A DNA stretch of 64,000 nucleotides from contig CBDFMQ010000002.1 of NCBI GenBank assembly GCA_965249725.1, forward strand, positions 2,816,001 to 2,880,000. The letters run 5' to 3'. Source of the stretch: Longimicrobiales bacterium (GTDB taxonomy: Bacteria; Gemmatimonadota; Gemmatimonadetes; Longimicrobiales; Gaopeijiaceae). Below the pieces are notes generated by a model. That model searched no databases. It was not told the origin of the DNA and worked only from the letters and a program-made list of their open reading frames with translations. Of the stretch, positions 1-10,211 are shown piece by piece (within the stretch, counting starts at the first letter, position 1; the number at the start of each line of letters is the position of its first letter). A program made the position numbers and the translations under genes.

Positions 1-631
1 AAGGACCTCCCGGGACCTCGACCGCGGCCAGTACCTTGTTTCGGTGCAGGCCACCCACCAGGGTGTAGAGCGGTACGTTCAACGCCTTCCCCAGGATGTC
101 ATACAGGGCGTAGTTGATCGCTGCCGCGGCGTGGCGTGTCTTCACTCGTCCGTTCTGACGTAACGACACGATCTCGTTGTTGCGATCGATGTCGAACGGA
201 CTCAGACCGATGAGATTGGGGGCCATATATCGGTCGATGGTGAGCTTCACTGTTTCGAGAGTCTCCACGCGATCCGTCGGCGCCTCACCCATGCCAACAA
301 GGCCACTGTCCGTATAGACCTTCACCAGCACGTAGTCCATCAGCAGGTGCCCCTCGTCGTTCCGTTTTCTCCTTCTCGGTAGGGGTTCCCCTTCGTAGTA
401 CTTGCTCGGTGCAGCCTTTGCGCCGGTCTTGTCGACTCCATCGGCAAACGGCCTCATAGGGAGACTCAACGGAATGGCTTCGATCCCCGTAATCGTCGCG
501 GAGAGAGCATCCAAGTTGTTGAGGATACCATCCAAGTCGGTGAGGCCACCGGCTCTCGCAGCATAAGCCGTGATCCCCAGAGCAGCAGGGCCGCCCAGAA
601 ACGCGCGCCGACTCCATGTCTCAGATTTCAT
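1..631 (-). CDS. Mandelate racemase/muconate lactonizing enzyme (enolase superfamily) protein with Tat signal, runs off window edge
   Basis: Manual translation from ATG at 631 (RBS GAGG): MKSETWSRRAFLGG...VLVKVYTDSGLVGMGEAP...AINYALYDILGKALNVPLYTLVGG, the typical MR/MLE N-terminal capping domain. Absent from the ORF track because it is truncated. Confidence 0.85.
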   Translation of the reverse strand, partial: MKSETWSRRAFLGGPAALGITAYAARAGGLTDLDGILNNLDALSATITGIEAIPLSLPMRPFADGVDKTGAKAAPSKYYEGEPLPRRRKRNDEGHLLMDYVLVKVYTDSGLVGMGEAPTDRVETLETVKLTIDRYMAPNLIGLSPFDIDRNNEIVSLRQNGRVKTRHAAAAINYALYDILGKALNVPLYTLVGGLHRNKVLAAVEVPGGP

Positions 632-888
632 GACACACCTCGCATCGAAGAAGTAATCTCCGCCGATCCCCCTCGAGGGCTCTCACGGATAAGGCGCTTC
701 GGAGGACTGTCGAAAGGGCGGGCGATGATTTGTTCCAGCTAGATCTGACGAAGTCCTCAGCGTGGGGCAGATACGTCGGCGGTCAACATCCGAGAGCGGC
801 CTGTGAGGCGCAAGCTGAGGGGGCGGCGAGGTCTTCGAAGAGTGTATCGCCGAGCTGGGACCGCGTCCCTTTCTCGAGGGCTGGTGAG

Positions 889-2079
889 TTACTGTCGGAG
901 AATGGCGCCCACCACCCGTTCGATCGCCTCCTGACGCCTGAGCGCTGGCTGGCCGGAGAGGATGTTCCACGCCGTGAACACGAGGACTAGATCGTGCTCC
1001 GGGATGGCCACCGGGATCTGCCCGCCGAAGCCCGAACCGGCCCAGGCCAGTCGTGTCATGTCCGAGCCATAGGGCACCAGCCACCACTGAAGACCGTAGC
1101 TGATGCCGGGCCTTCCGGTGGACGCCAAGGCCGGCGTCACCGATGCCGTGACCCATTCAGGGTCGACGATGGATTCACCCTCCCAGCTTCCCTGCTGGAG
1201 GAACATCTGCCAGATCTTCGCGAGGTCGCGCGGACGAAGATAAAGGCCGCCTTCCGTGTCGATGAGGCCTGCCGGCGACCGTTTCCAGAACCACGCATCG
1301 ATATCGAGCGGCCTGAATAGATGGCGGGCGGCGTACTCCTCGATATCCGAGCCGGTGGCCGAGCGAAAAATGTCAGCCAACAGCGCCGACACGCCGCTGC
1401 TGTAGTTGAAGCGTGTCCCGGGCTCCTCACTCATAGGCCGGTTGATGGTGAACTCGACCCAGTCGGGGCTATCCTCGAGCTGCACCGCCGTATTAGCGGG
1501 ATCGGAGTAGGGTAGGCTCTCGTTCCAGTCTATGCCCGCGGTCATGGTCAACATGTGGCGAATCGTCATGCGCCGCTTGCGATCGTCGAGGCTCGCGATG
1601 CGTGTGGTATCGAAGAACTGGATCGCGGGGGTGTCGATGTCGGGGAAGTCACCACGACGCACCGCGACGCCGATAACCACCGAGGCGACGGTCTTGGTCA
1701 CCGACTGGAGTGAATGGAGATCACCGCGCCGATAGAACGGGTGCCACCAAGGGTTGAAGTAGTTGTAGGGTCCCGTCGGGTGGCTTGCGTTGAGGGTCGA
1801 GGGACGTTTCGCCTCCTCCCCGTAGGCCCGGTCGTAGTCGTTCGTGTAGGAACGCTCGAAGGCCACTCTGCCGTGGCGAATCACCAGCATGCCGTCGACA
1901 TGGCCGTAATTGCCGGAGGTGATGTCGGCGTCGAGCTCCGCGAGGGCGAGCGAGTCGAGGTCGACGGCGGTCGGGCGAGCGGTGGGCCACTGCCACGCGC
2001 TGGCCTGACCCTGAGCCAAGGCGGGTTGGGCCCCAGCGGCAAGCAGGAATGCGGCGAAACCGACTGAACGACAACGCAT
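889..2079 (-). CDS. Secreted serine hydrolase, beta-lactamase/AmpC-like family
   Basis: SxxK (SVTK), LLTMTAG-like and FNYSS motifs; signal peptide. Confidence 0.85.
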   Translation of the reverse strand: MRCRSVGFAAFLLAAGAQPALAQGQASAWQWPTARPTAVDLDSLALAELDADITSGNYGHVDGMLVIRHGRVAFERSYTNDYDRAYGEEAKRPSTLNASHPTGPYNYFNPWWHPFYRRGDLHSLQSVTKTVASVVIGVAVRRGDFPDIDTPAIQFFDTTRIASLDDRKRRMTIRHMLTMTAGIDWNESLPYSDPANTAVQLEDSPDWVEFTINRPMSEEPGTRFNYSSGVSALLADIFRSATGSDIEEYAARHLFRPLDIDAWFWKRSPAGLIDTEGGLYLRPRDLAKIWQMFLQQGSWEGESIVDPEWVTASVTPALASTGRPGISYGLQWWLVPYGSDMTRLAWAGSGFGGQIPVAIPEHDLVLVFTAWNILSGQPALRRQEAIERVVGAILRQ

Positions 2080-2482
2080 GATCATTCTCCGGGTCCGAGC
2101 CTGATGAGCTTCCACGAGGAATAGGCATTCTAGAGACCCTTTCACTAAACCGCTGCGCGGTGGGTGATGGGGCCTTCCCGGCAGGTCTTGATCCTAACAT
2201 GTGAGGTAGGCTGCGTTCAGGCGGGTAACGGGAACAGACATGGCCGCAACATGCGGCTATGGTGCGGAAAGCCACAAGGAAAGCCTGGAGCGAGGGATGA
2301 TCGGTCACGCTCGAGTATTCGATTCCCAAGCACAACGACGATGAGGACCAAGCTCCCGGTCGCATCGTGCTGGCTGACCACGCCGGTAGAACACGTGTAC
2401 TGGACGACACACGTCCCGAAGAGTGGCTCGCGAGGGAACTCATTGGCGGGACCCGGCGGCAGCCGCCCCGTGTCAACGCTCC

Positions 2483-3859
2483 CTAGCGTCCCCTCTCCCA
2501 GACCCCCTCTTGGGCCATGAGCGCTTCGATCTCGTCCGGCTCGATGGGCGAGTGGCCGGTCAGCCACTCGTGCCCGTCCTCAGTAACCAGGATCACGTCC
2601 TCGAAGCGAATCGACCAATCCTCGTGGCTTACGCTCCACTCGATGACGAAGCACATGCCCGGTTCCCAAGGGATGTCATAGAAGCCGACGTCGTGGATCT
2701 CCATACCGACGAAGTGACTGATGCCGTAGGTGTTGGTTGCGTCACGGAGTCCGACGTCGTCCATTAGCCGGTCCTTGAGGGCCTGGCTGCCGGCGAACGT
2801 CCCCCCGGGTTTCACGGCAGCGATCAGTTGTTTTTGTACGCGGGTCACGACCTCGGCGATGCGCCGCTGTTCCGGTGTGTACTCTCCGCTGACCGGAATC
2901 GTGCGCCCGAAGTCCGACGTGAAGTGTGCGTACTCGGCACCGATGTCGTAGCTCACCATCTGGCCGTCACTCACGTGCCAGGGGCCGACTCTGGGGCGGA
3001 CTCCACGGGGCCAGTCAGGGCCCCCGCTTCTCTGGGCGACCCCCGGGCCGGACGGGACGACCCCCGTGCGGAAGGACCGGGCCGCGTGTTCATACTCGAA
3101 CGTGAAGTTGACGATGGCTGCGATCTGCTGCGTGGTCATCTCCTCGCGGACAGACTTGGCCGACTCCATGAACGCCTGGACCGTGATATCGGACGCCTTG
3201 CGGAGCATCGCGATCGAATACTCGTCGTGGATCATGCGAAGCCGGTTGAGGATGTCCGATGCGTCCTTCATCTGGACCTCGGGCGAGAAGTACTGAAGTC
3301 GATTGGCCAGGTCGAGTCGCTCGGGCGGCGATGCGTCCAGGTTCAGGAACCGTTGGTAGTTGAAGTAGATGTTCTTGTCTTCTCCGAGGGACCGTGAGAG
3401 ATCACTTGCGAGATCCTTGCTGCCTCGCTGGTGGGTCCTAAGGAGCGAAAAAGCCGTGATGGCGTCGGAAAGATGCTCGGTCAACAGCTCGTACGAGTAG
3501 ACGTGCTCGATGCCGGTCAGGTCCACCATCGCCTCTGGATCCTGAGAGGTGTAGAGGATCTCTCGGTAGGTCTCAGCGTCGGGTGCGAGGACGAGCGCCG
3601 ATCCATAGGCGTCGCCCGCTTCGAGCCCCGTCAGGTAGATAAAGTCATGCAGATCCGAGTGATCCACGAAGCCCTCGTAGATCCTATTCTGGTTCTCGAT
3701 GGCCGCGGCGACGAGGGCGATTCCACCGTCCATCGCGTCGCGGAAGTTGGCGCGACGCTGACTATGGAGCGCCTTGTCAGGCGGCTCGAAGGCACCTTGG
3801 CCCTGGAGAGGCGATGCGATCGCGAGCGCTGCCGTGAGAAGTGGTAGGGTCTGTTTCAT
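2483..3859 (-). CDS. Xaa-Pro aminopeptidase (M24 family), secreted
   Basis: DIGAEY..TSDFGRTIP, SHFVGMEIHD, VIE and IRFEDVILVT metal-binding motifs; signal peptide. Confidence 0.9.
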   Translation of the reverse strand: MKQTLPLLTAALAIASPLQGQGAFEPPDKALHSQRRANFRDAMDGGIALVAAAIENQNRIYEGFVDHSDLHDFIYLTGLEAGDAYGSALVLAPDAETYREILYTSQDPEAMVDLTGIEHVYSYELLTEHLSDAITAFSLLRTHQRGSKDLASDLSRSLGEDKNIYFNYQRFLNLDASPPERLDLANRLQYFSPEVQMKDASDILNRLRMIHDEYSIAMLRKASDITVQAFMESAKSVREEMTTQQIAAIVNFTFEYEHAARSFRTGVVPSGPGVAQRSGGPDWPRGVRPRVGPWHVSDGQMVSYDIGAEYAHFTSDFGRTIPVSGEYTPEQRRIAEVVTRVQKQLIAAVKPGGTFAGSQALKDRLMDDVGLRDATNTYGISHFVGMEIHDVGFYDIPWEPGMCFVIEWSVSHEDWSIRFEDVILVTEDGHEWLTGHSPIEPDEIEALMAQEGVWERGR

Positions 3860-3861
3860 GA

Positions 3862-4505
3862 TCAGTTCCTCCACACGAAGTCAGCGTCCATCATCACCCA
3901 TGTGTCCGGGTCGAGCACGACCGATCCGGGTTCCCCGTCCACGGCGATCGTGAATCGGTTGGTTCTGTCGTTCACCTGCAGGAGCTCGGTGCCCACCTCG
4001 CTCCCGTCGGGAGCGTAGATCCCCAACTGGACCAGCATTTTGGACGAGTAGCCATCCTGGACCTGGTTCAGTTCAACCTCGATGGTGCCTGCACCGGAGT
4101 CGTAGCGCCACCCCCCTCCTAGTCGAGCCAGCCACACTGGTTGAGCCACTGCTGGAAGAACTCCGAGAGATCTTGTCCTGAAGATTCTTCCATGGCCCGT
4201 CGGAAGTCGTCGGTAGTGGCGTTCTTGTCCTGGCATCTGGCGTAGTATGCCTGGATCCCGCTCCAAAAGGCCTCGTCCCCGATGACGCCGCGCAGCATGT
4301 GCAGGGTACATCCGCCTTTCTGGTACGTCTGCGAGCTGGTGACCCGACCCATGTCGTCCAGGTTGTCGTGGACGATGGTGTAGTCGGGATTCTCTGCCTG
4401 GAACGTGCGTACGCGGTCCCTGCTGTTCTCGAGTCCCGCCACGAAGTCGTCCCGGCCGTACTGGTGCTCACGGAAGAGGAGCGTGAAGTAGGTCGCGAAG
4501 CCTTC
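3862..4505 (-). pseudogene. C-terminal fragment of M1 family aminopeptidase, 5'-truncated and frameshifted near 4120
   Basis: EGFATYF and YQKGG..LHMLR..GDEAF..G...YY motifs, FFQQWL, VLDPD tail; split across ORFs 4119-4442 and 3862-4311; lacks GxMEN/HExxH. Confidence 0.85.
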
Positions 4506-4520
4506 GCCCCTTCTCGCGCT

Positions 4521-4621
4521 ACCTAACGGATCGGCGATTCTGATGCGCGGCTAAGATGCCGACCGCGAGCGAAGCGCGCGAGCCGGATGACTACCGCGAC
4601 TGCAGCCATCGCTTGTTAGGC
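4521..4621 (-). other. attC-like site, family 1 (101 bp)
   Basis: ACCTAAC...GTTAGGC ends; inner arms GCGATTCTGATGCG / CGACTGCAGCCATCGC; close copy at 7039. Confidence 0.85.
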
Positions 4622-4702
4622 AGAGCCGCTACCGATTCCGAGCGAGCTCCGCATCGATCCGCTCGACAAGGTCTCTGGCACGCGCATCGGCAGGGCCGAC
4701 CC

Positions 4703-6928
4703 CTATTGGTCCTTGATTCGGGCTAGCAGCGCCTCAAAAGACGGCTCACCCTGCAGACTACTCAACAGCGCCTGATCCTCTGCCAGGAGCGCATGGTTCG
4801 ACAGCCCTCCGTTCACGCAATGTTCTAGGGACGAGACCGCGTCCTCCACCTCCCCGAGGTAAGCCAGGCAGCCTCCGAGCAGCCAGGAGAACTGGAGATT
4901 CGACCTGGCCCATTCAGCGAGCGACTCGGTGACGTTTTCCAGGGCCTGCTGCTTCTCATCTCTCAGCGCGTGCCGAAGCACGATACCCAATCTGGCGAAG
5001 GGCTCGTCTCCACTCCTGATCTCGTCGAGAACCTCCAAGGCCTCATCCGATCGCTGCCCGTACACTAGTGCCCAGGCAAGTGTGACCCGGGGAGCAAGGT
5101 TGTTCGGATCGTGCTGAAGTGACCGACGGCCAGCAGCCACGGCCTCCTCGTACTGGCCGGTCCAGATATTGGCCAACGGAACCCAAGGCTCCACGTTGAG
5201 CGGGTCGACCTCGCGCAGTCTTTGGGTGCACCATCGCGCCTCCTCCGTTCGCCCCCCCCAGGCAAACAAGATCGACGTGATCAAGAGCGTCTCCGGATCG
5301 TTGGGTTCCAACGAGAGCGCGCGGTCGGCGTACGGAAGGGCCTCGCGAAGCCGGAACGTGTCGTTGTAGATCCAAGCGATGACGAGGTTCGCCTTCGCCG
5401 AGTCGGGGTCTAACTCCAGCGCTCGCCTCGCGGCGGCTTCGGCCCGATCCATGAGGTCGGGGGATGCGTCGCGACCTCCAGTGACGAAGGAATACAAGAC
5501 CAAGGCCTGTCCCAAGCCCGCGAGTAGCAGCGCACTGTCGCCCACGACCTCGAGGCCCTCCTCGAAGTGTCGAATCGCTCGCGCTAGCGATTCGTCCTCC
5601 ACGCGGGCCAGATCGTGCCGACCTCTGAGGTAGAACTCGAGCTCGCGAACGTCAGCGACGGGCCTCCGCTCCATCTCGCGTTCTTCTTCGGGCGTAAGCG
5701 TGAGGACCAGCGCATCGGCGATTTCGCGTGAGACACGCTCCTGCATCCCGAAGACGTCGTCCATCGTTCCCGCAAACTTGTCGCCCCATAACGGAACGTC
5801 GTCTTCGGCATCCACGAGTTGAGCCGTAATCCTGAGGCTGTCACCAGCTTTCCGGACGCTCCCTTCGAGGACATAACGCACTCCCAATTCCCTCCCGATG
5901 CTCTTCAAGTCCTTGTCGGTGCCCTTTAGTTGCATCGCGGAAGTACGGGATATGACGCGCAACGCCTGTAGCCGTGAAAGGTCGCTGATGATTTCTTCCG
6001 TCAGACCATCACTGAAATACTCGTTGTCCGGGTCGGGACTGCTGTTCACAAAGGGTAGTACGACGATGGATTTCTTTTCCGGTGGAGTCGCCTCGTCAGC
6101 GGCCAGTAGGCTGTCCAGAAACGCCCGTGCGCTCGAGAATCGGTCGACCGCGGTCTTGGCCCACGCAACCGTAACGGTCCGATCGACGGATGCCGGTACT
6201 GCGGGCCGGAGTCTTCGGACAGAGGGAACGGGGTCGGTCGCTTGCTTGATTAGCAGGCTCTGAACCGTGCGTCCGGAGTAGGGCGGCTCACCCGCCAACA
6301 TCTCATAAAGCAAACACCCGAGGCTGTAGATGTCCGTCCGGTGATCTACGTCCTGGCCTTCGAACGCTTGCTCGGGGCTCATGTACTCCGGAGTCCCGAG
6401 GGACAACCCGGTTTGAGTGAGCCGGGTTTCAGACGCGGACTCCAGAGCCAACGCGACACCGAAGTCCGAAACGACAGCATGGCCCCCGTCGATCAAGACG
6501 TTCTCTGGCTTCACATCACGGTGTACAATCCCGGCAGCGTGGGCCACTTCGAGGGCTTCAGCCACCTCGCTCACGATCCGCAGCGCATCGTCCAGCGGAA
6601 GCTGCCCGTCGCGGTTCATGATGTCGCGCAACGAACCGCCGTCGGCGAGGGGCATCACGTAGTAGAGAAGCCCGTCGGCTTCACCGGAATCGTAGAGCGG
6701 GAGAATATGTGGGTGGCGCAGGCTCGCGGTGGTCGAGATCTCGCGAAGAAAACGATCCGCTCCAACCGCAACGGCGAGTTCGGGATTCAGCACCTTGATC
6801 GCGACCTTCCGCGCGTGTTTCAGATCTTCCGCCACGAATACGGTGGCCATCCCACCAGCGCCCAGTTCACTCTCGACCACGTAACTCTTCGAGAGCGTTG
6901 AGCTGAGGGTGTGGAAGATGTCGGACAT
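4703..6928 (-). CDS. Ser/Thr protein kinase with TolB-N-like (SIVVLPF) domain and TPR repeats; gene cassette
   Basis: GAGGMATV, VAIK, HRDVKPEN, DFG and GTPEYMSPE motifs; bounded by attC-like sites. Confidence 0.93.
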   Translation of the reverse strand: MSDIFHTLSSTLSKSYVVESELGAGGMATVFVAEDLKHARKVAIKVLNPELAVAVGADRFLREISTTASLRHPHILPLYDSGEADGLLYYVMPLADGGSLRDIMNRDGQLPLDDALRIVSEVAEALEVAHAAGIVHRDVKPENVLIDGGHAVVSDFGVALALESASETRLTQTGLSLGTPEYMSPEQAFEGQDVDHRTDIYSLGCLLYEMLAGEPPYSGRTVQSLLIKQATDPVPSVRRLRPAVPASVDRTVTVAWAKTAVDRFSSARAFLDSLLAADEATPPEKKSIVVLPFVNSSPDPDNEYFSDGLTEEIISDLSRLQALRVISRTSAMQLKGTDKDLKSIGRELGVRYVLEGSVRKAGDSLRITAQLVDAEDDVPLWGDKFAGTMDDVFGMQERVSREIADALVLTLTPEEEREMERRPVADVRELEFYLRGRHDLARVEDESLARAIRHFEEGLEVVGDSALLLAGLGQALVLYSFVTGGRDASPDLMDRAEAAARRALELDPDSAKANLVIAWIYNDTFRLREALPYADRALSLEPNDPETLLITSILFAWGGRTEEARWCTQRLREVDPLNVEPWVPLANIWTGQYEEAVAAGRRSLQHDPNNLAPRVTLAWALVYGQRSDEALEVLDEIRSGDEPFARLGIVLRHALRDEKQQALENVTESLAEWARSNLQFSWLLGGCLAYLGEVEDAVSSLEHCVNGGLSNHALLAEDQALLSSLQGEPSFEALLARIKDQ

Positions 6929-7038
6929 CTATGAAGTCTGGAAGAAGCGATTGCGTGACGCCGCGAGAATCGACCGGCGACCCCAGAAGTGGCAAAATCG
7001 ACCCGATTCGCCCCCAACTCTCTATAAGGCAGGCCGCT

Positions 7039-7138
7039 GCCTAACGGATTGCGATTCTGCTGCGAGATCAAGATGCCGACCGCAAGCGAAGCGCGCGAGC
7101 CGGACGCCTACCGCGTCAGTAGCAATCGCTTGTTAGGG
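7039..7138 (-). other. attC-like site, family 1 (100 bp)
   Basis: GCCTAAC...GTTAGGG ends; arms GCGATT-CTGCTG-CG pair with CG(T)CAGTAG(C)AATCGC, leaving two extrahelical bases as in canonical attC. Confidence 0.88.
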
Positions 7139-8219
7139 CGCACCCCGCTTGGCCTGGCGCTTCGGTTGTCTGCTCCACAGTGGTTCCGAAATCGTCGTCA
7201 AGCCCGGCCTTCGGGAGGTGCCTACGGAGCCCGGTAATGATGAGCGCCACAACTCCAGCGGCCCCGAACGAAGCGAATGAACTGGGTAGACGTGCGGCAG
7301 CCGTAAGCCACGACGTAAACACTTCCTCGAGGACGGCGAACAAGAAGACCGCGAGTCCGCCTCCGACGCCATACAGGGATCCAGTTCGTAGAACAAGATC
7401 GCCCCCTGCAGCACCTTTGAAGAACACGGCATAGGCCACAGCAAGGACAGCGAAGAGCGTCCCCACGGTTGAGGGGAGTGACCACAAGTGGAATGTCGAG
7501 GAGCCCCCCGCCTCCACCGCACTCCTGAAGACGACCACGCCGAGCAAGAAAGCCAGCGAGCCGTGGATGAGCCACACGCCGCGGCTTCTGGTGACCTCAT
7601 TCGAGACCATCGCAGACCGCCAGAGCCTCGCCCCGCACAGCACGAGAACAGCATACAGCGGCGCGTAGCCCAGAAAGTGAACAGAGGTGCTGCGGAGGGT
7701 CTCATTCAGGACGGCAGACCCGAGATAAGCCACGGCCACCAAGGTCCAGACCCAGCCTGAGCCCAGGACCCGCCAAAGCCCGCCCGTCAGTTGCACATCT
7801 TTATCGCCGTACACTCGACTCAACTGAATGAACGCCCCGACGGCAAGGAGCAACGAGATCGTGCCCAGCGTTCCAAACAAATCTGTCACCACTCGCGGGA
7901 GGCTAGGGCTCCCGTCTCCCGGCGGGATGACCTGGAGCACCCACAAGCTAGTGAGGGCCTGAGACGCACCGACAGCCACCACGAACACGGCCAAGATCGG
8001 GACATGCGGGGCCAAGGAACGGTTCCGAGCGGAAGCCAGGCCAACCCAGATGGCCAAGCCAGCCGCGATGGCGGGCAGAATCCCGCGGAGGAGTACGAAC
8101 GTACCGGCCCGGCCGAGGACCACGTCCTCATCGACAAATGGGGGGCTCACAACGAGCGAGATCAGTGTCCAAGAGATGGCGAGAACTGCAGCCGCCGCAA
8201 ACACCGTCAGCATCCCCAT
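7116..8219 (-). CDS. Multi-pass membrane protein (cassette gene), probably 5'-truncated by the adjacent IS
   Basis: About 10 hydrophobic segments; 3' end runs into the attC; start lies 7 bp from the IS end. Confidence 0.65.
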   Translation of the reverse strand: MGMLTVFAAAAVLAISWTLISLVVSPPFVDEDVVLGRAGTFVLLRGILPAIAAGLAIWVGLASARNRSLAPHVPILAVFVVAVGASQALTSLWVLQVIPPGDGSPSLPRVVTDLFGTLGTISLLLAVGAFIQLSRVYGDKDVQLTGGLWRVLGSGWVWTLVAVAYLGSAVLNETLRSTSVHFLGYAPLYAVLVLCGARLWRSAMVSNEVTRSRGVWLIHGSLAFLLGVVVFRSAVEAGGSSTFHLWSLPSTVGTLFAVLAVAYAVFFKGAAGGDLVLRTGSLYGVGGGLAVFLFAVLEEVFTSWLTAAARLPSSFASFGAAGVVALIITGLRRHLPKAGLDDDFGTTVEQTTEAPGQAGCALTSDCY

Positions 8220-8266
8220 CAGGAAGCGGAGCCTGTCAACGCCAGTGAGACACTCTTGGGAATTAA

Positions 8267-9274
8267 TTAGAGAGCAATCTCCTGTGTCGTGAGGGAGGGG
8301 GTTGGAGGATTGATCCAGACGGCCTCCGGGAGCGGTTTGGGCTTCGGCTCACCGGAGACGAAGCGGTCGGGATGAGCGGCCCAGGCCTCGCGTAGCACGG
8401 CCTGCCTGCCGGCGATGACCTGATCTGCATTCCCGAAGTGGACCTGTTCGGGGGTCAGCATCGAGATACCACCATGGCGGTGCTCGGCGTTGTACCAGCG
8501 GAAGAACGAGCGACAGAAGGTTTTGGCCTGGCCCTGATCCTCGAACCGTCCAGGAAACGAGGGATGGTACTTCAAGGTCTTGAACTGGGCTTCGGAGAAC
8601 GGATTCTCATCCGACACCTGAGGTCGGCTCAGCGAGCGGGTCACCCCGAGATCGGCGAGGAGCTGAGCCGTGCATTGGCTCGTCATCGGAGCTCCTCGAT
8701 CCGAGTGCAAGGTCAGGACCTGGGGCTGGACGCCATGCTTCAGGCAACTCTGCTGGATCAGGCGCCCGGCCAAGGCCGAGCTCTCCCGATCCGCCACCAT
8801 CCATCCCACGATGTAGCGGCTGAAGATGTCCATGATAACGTAGAGGTAGAAGTAGCTCCACTTCCTCGGCCCCAGCAGCCGTGTGATATCCCAGGACCAG
8901 ACCTGGCCCGGGCCCGTCGCCATCAACTCGGGTTTCTGGTATTCGGGATGACTCCGCTGCGCTCGGCGCTCTCGAACTGGCACTTGGGAGGCCAGAACGC
9001 GATACATCGTACGTTCGCTGCACAGGTAGACGTCTTCGTCGAGCAGGGTCGCCACAACCTCGGCCGGGGACCGGTCCACGAATCGCTCCGAACACAGCGT
9101 GTCGAAGACCTTGTCTCGTTCCTTCTCGCTCAAGGCACGGGCTGGGGTCGGGCGGGGCTGCTGATGCCCGGTCGATGGCCTCCGACGACGATAGAACGTG
9201 GCTCGGGCGACCCTGAGCGCATCGCACGCGGGCTTTACCCCTACGTACGTGGCCAGCGCCTCGGCCGCCTTCAC
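8267..9274 (-). CDS. IS3-family transposase OrfB (rve/DDE)
   Basis: WSWDIT, DIFSRYIVGW, LHSDRG, NPFSEAQFKTLK and WYNAEHRH motifs. Confidence 0.92.
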   Translation of the reverse strand: MKAAEALATYVGVKPACDALRVARATFYRRRRPSTGHQQPRPTPARALSEKERDKVFDTLCSERFVDRSPAEVVATLLDEDVYLCSERTMYRVLASQVPVRERRAQRSHPEYQKPELMATGPGQVWSWDITRLLGPRKWSYFYLYVIMDIFSRYIVGWMVADRESSALAGRLIQQSCLKHGVQPQVLTLHSDRGAPMTSQCTAQLLADLGVTRSLSRPQVSDENPFSEAQFKTLKYHPSFPGRFEDQGQAKTFCRSFFRWYNAEHRHGGISMLTPEQVHFGNADQVIAGRQAVLREAWAAHPDRFVSGEPKPKPLPEAVWINPPTPSLTTQEIAL

Positions 9275-9496
9275 GAGTTCGTCCCGTCCTTGAGGCTCAA
9301 TCCCAGCAGCCCTGCAACTTTTCCCTGGACGTCGAGGATCAGGCGCGCCTTCTCGAGTTCCTTCTCCAGGCGAGTGTTCTCGCGCTCCAGCTTGCGCACT
9401 TTCCCCTCCAGCGGATTCCGTTCGCTCGGCTTTCGACCTCGTCTCTTCGACAGCGCTCTCAGCGACCCACTCCGCACCGCCTTGCGCCATGTCGAT
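9271..9496 (-). pseudogene. IS3 OrfA C-terminal remnant (coiled coil)
   Basis: STWRKA...KRRGRK...LERENTRLEKELEKARLILDVQGKV; N-terminal HTH missing. Confidence 0.8.
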
Positions 9497-9497
9497 C

Positions 9498-10211
9498 CCG
9501 GCACCTATGCTCCCCCCTTCCGACGGACTTGCGTGGCGCGAGGAGATCCGCGGCTTCGAAGGCAGCGTGGCCTTGGACGTCCTCCTCGAAGACCTGTGGA
9601 CTCGCGGGATTCCCGTCGTTCCAATCCACATGCTGCCGGTGCCTAGCTTCCAGGGACTTGCCGCAGTGGTAGAGGGCAGGCCCGTGGTCGTGTCGGGCTA
9701 CAGGCATGACGAACCGGGACGGGTCGCGTTTCGCATCTCGCATGAGGCTGGTCACATCGCAAAGGGGGACTGCACGTCTGATGCTCCCGTGGTCGACAAG
9801 GATGAAGAGATTCTGTCGGATGACGCGATGGAGAAGCTCGCTGACCAGTATGCAATCCGAGTGCTCGTGGGCGAAGACACGATTCCTGAGCTAGGCCGCA
9901 GTGCTTTCGACAACTTCCGGGACTTGGCTAATCGGGCCGCTGCGGTGGAGCGGGAGACAGGTGCCGACGCCGGAGCGATCATCTTCTCATGGGCACGTAC
10001 CACGGGCGACTATGCGACTGCCACCATGGCGACCAAGGCGCTGTACCTCTCAACCGGAGCCACCCGAAGTCTAAGGGCCACGGAAAGTCTCATTGCGAGG
10101 GTTGCGCCTCGATCAAGGCAGCCGCGGACGGCCAGCCGCGCCTCGGGTCACCCGAGGTGTGGCGACGCATTGGAACCGTCCATCACATCACCGAAGTCAC
10201 GCAGACGTTGA
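9498..10211 (+). pseudogene. ImmA/IrrE-family metallopeptidase, 5'-truncated
   Basis: RVAFRISHEAGH (HExxH) followed by E..AD..A; homology begins abruptly at the IS junction. Confidence 0.7.

Larger units (their letters stand above)
8226..9496 (-). mobile_element. IS3-family insertion sequence, left end deleted
   Basis: orfA remnant overlapping DDE orfB (GTGA); probable terminal sequence GCGGAGCCTGTCAACGCCAGTGAGACA at 8226-8252. Confidence 0.85.

Noticed and set aside
2164..2480. Short ORFs between the hydrolase and the M24 peptidase
   Set aside because: No recognisable motif or consistent reading frame.
8438..9646. Long antisense ORFs (also 25970-27259, 48275-49888, 59046-60050 and the alternate-frame 60688-62088)
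   Set aside because: These are shadow frames of well-supported genes in GC-rich DNA and show no motifs of their own.
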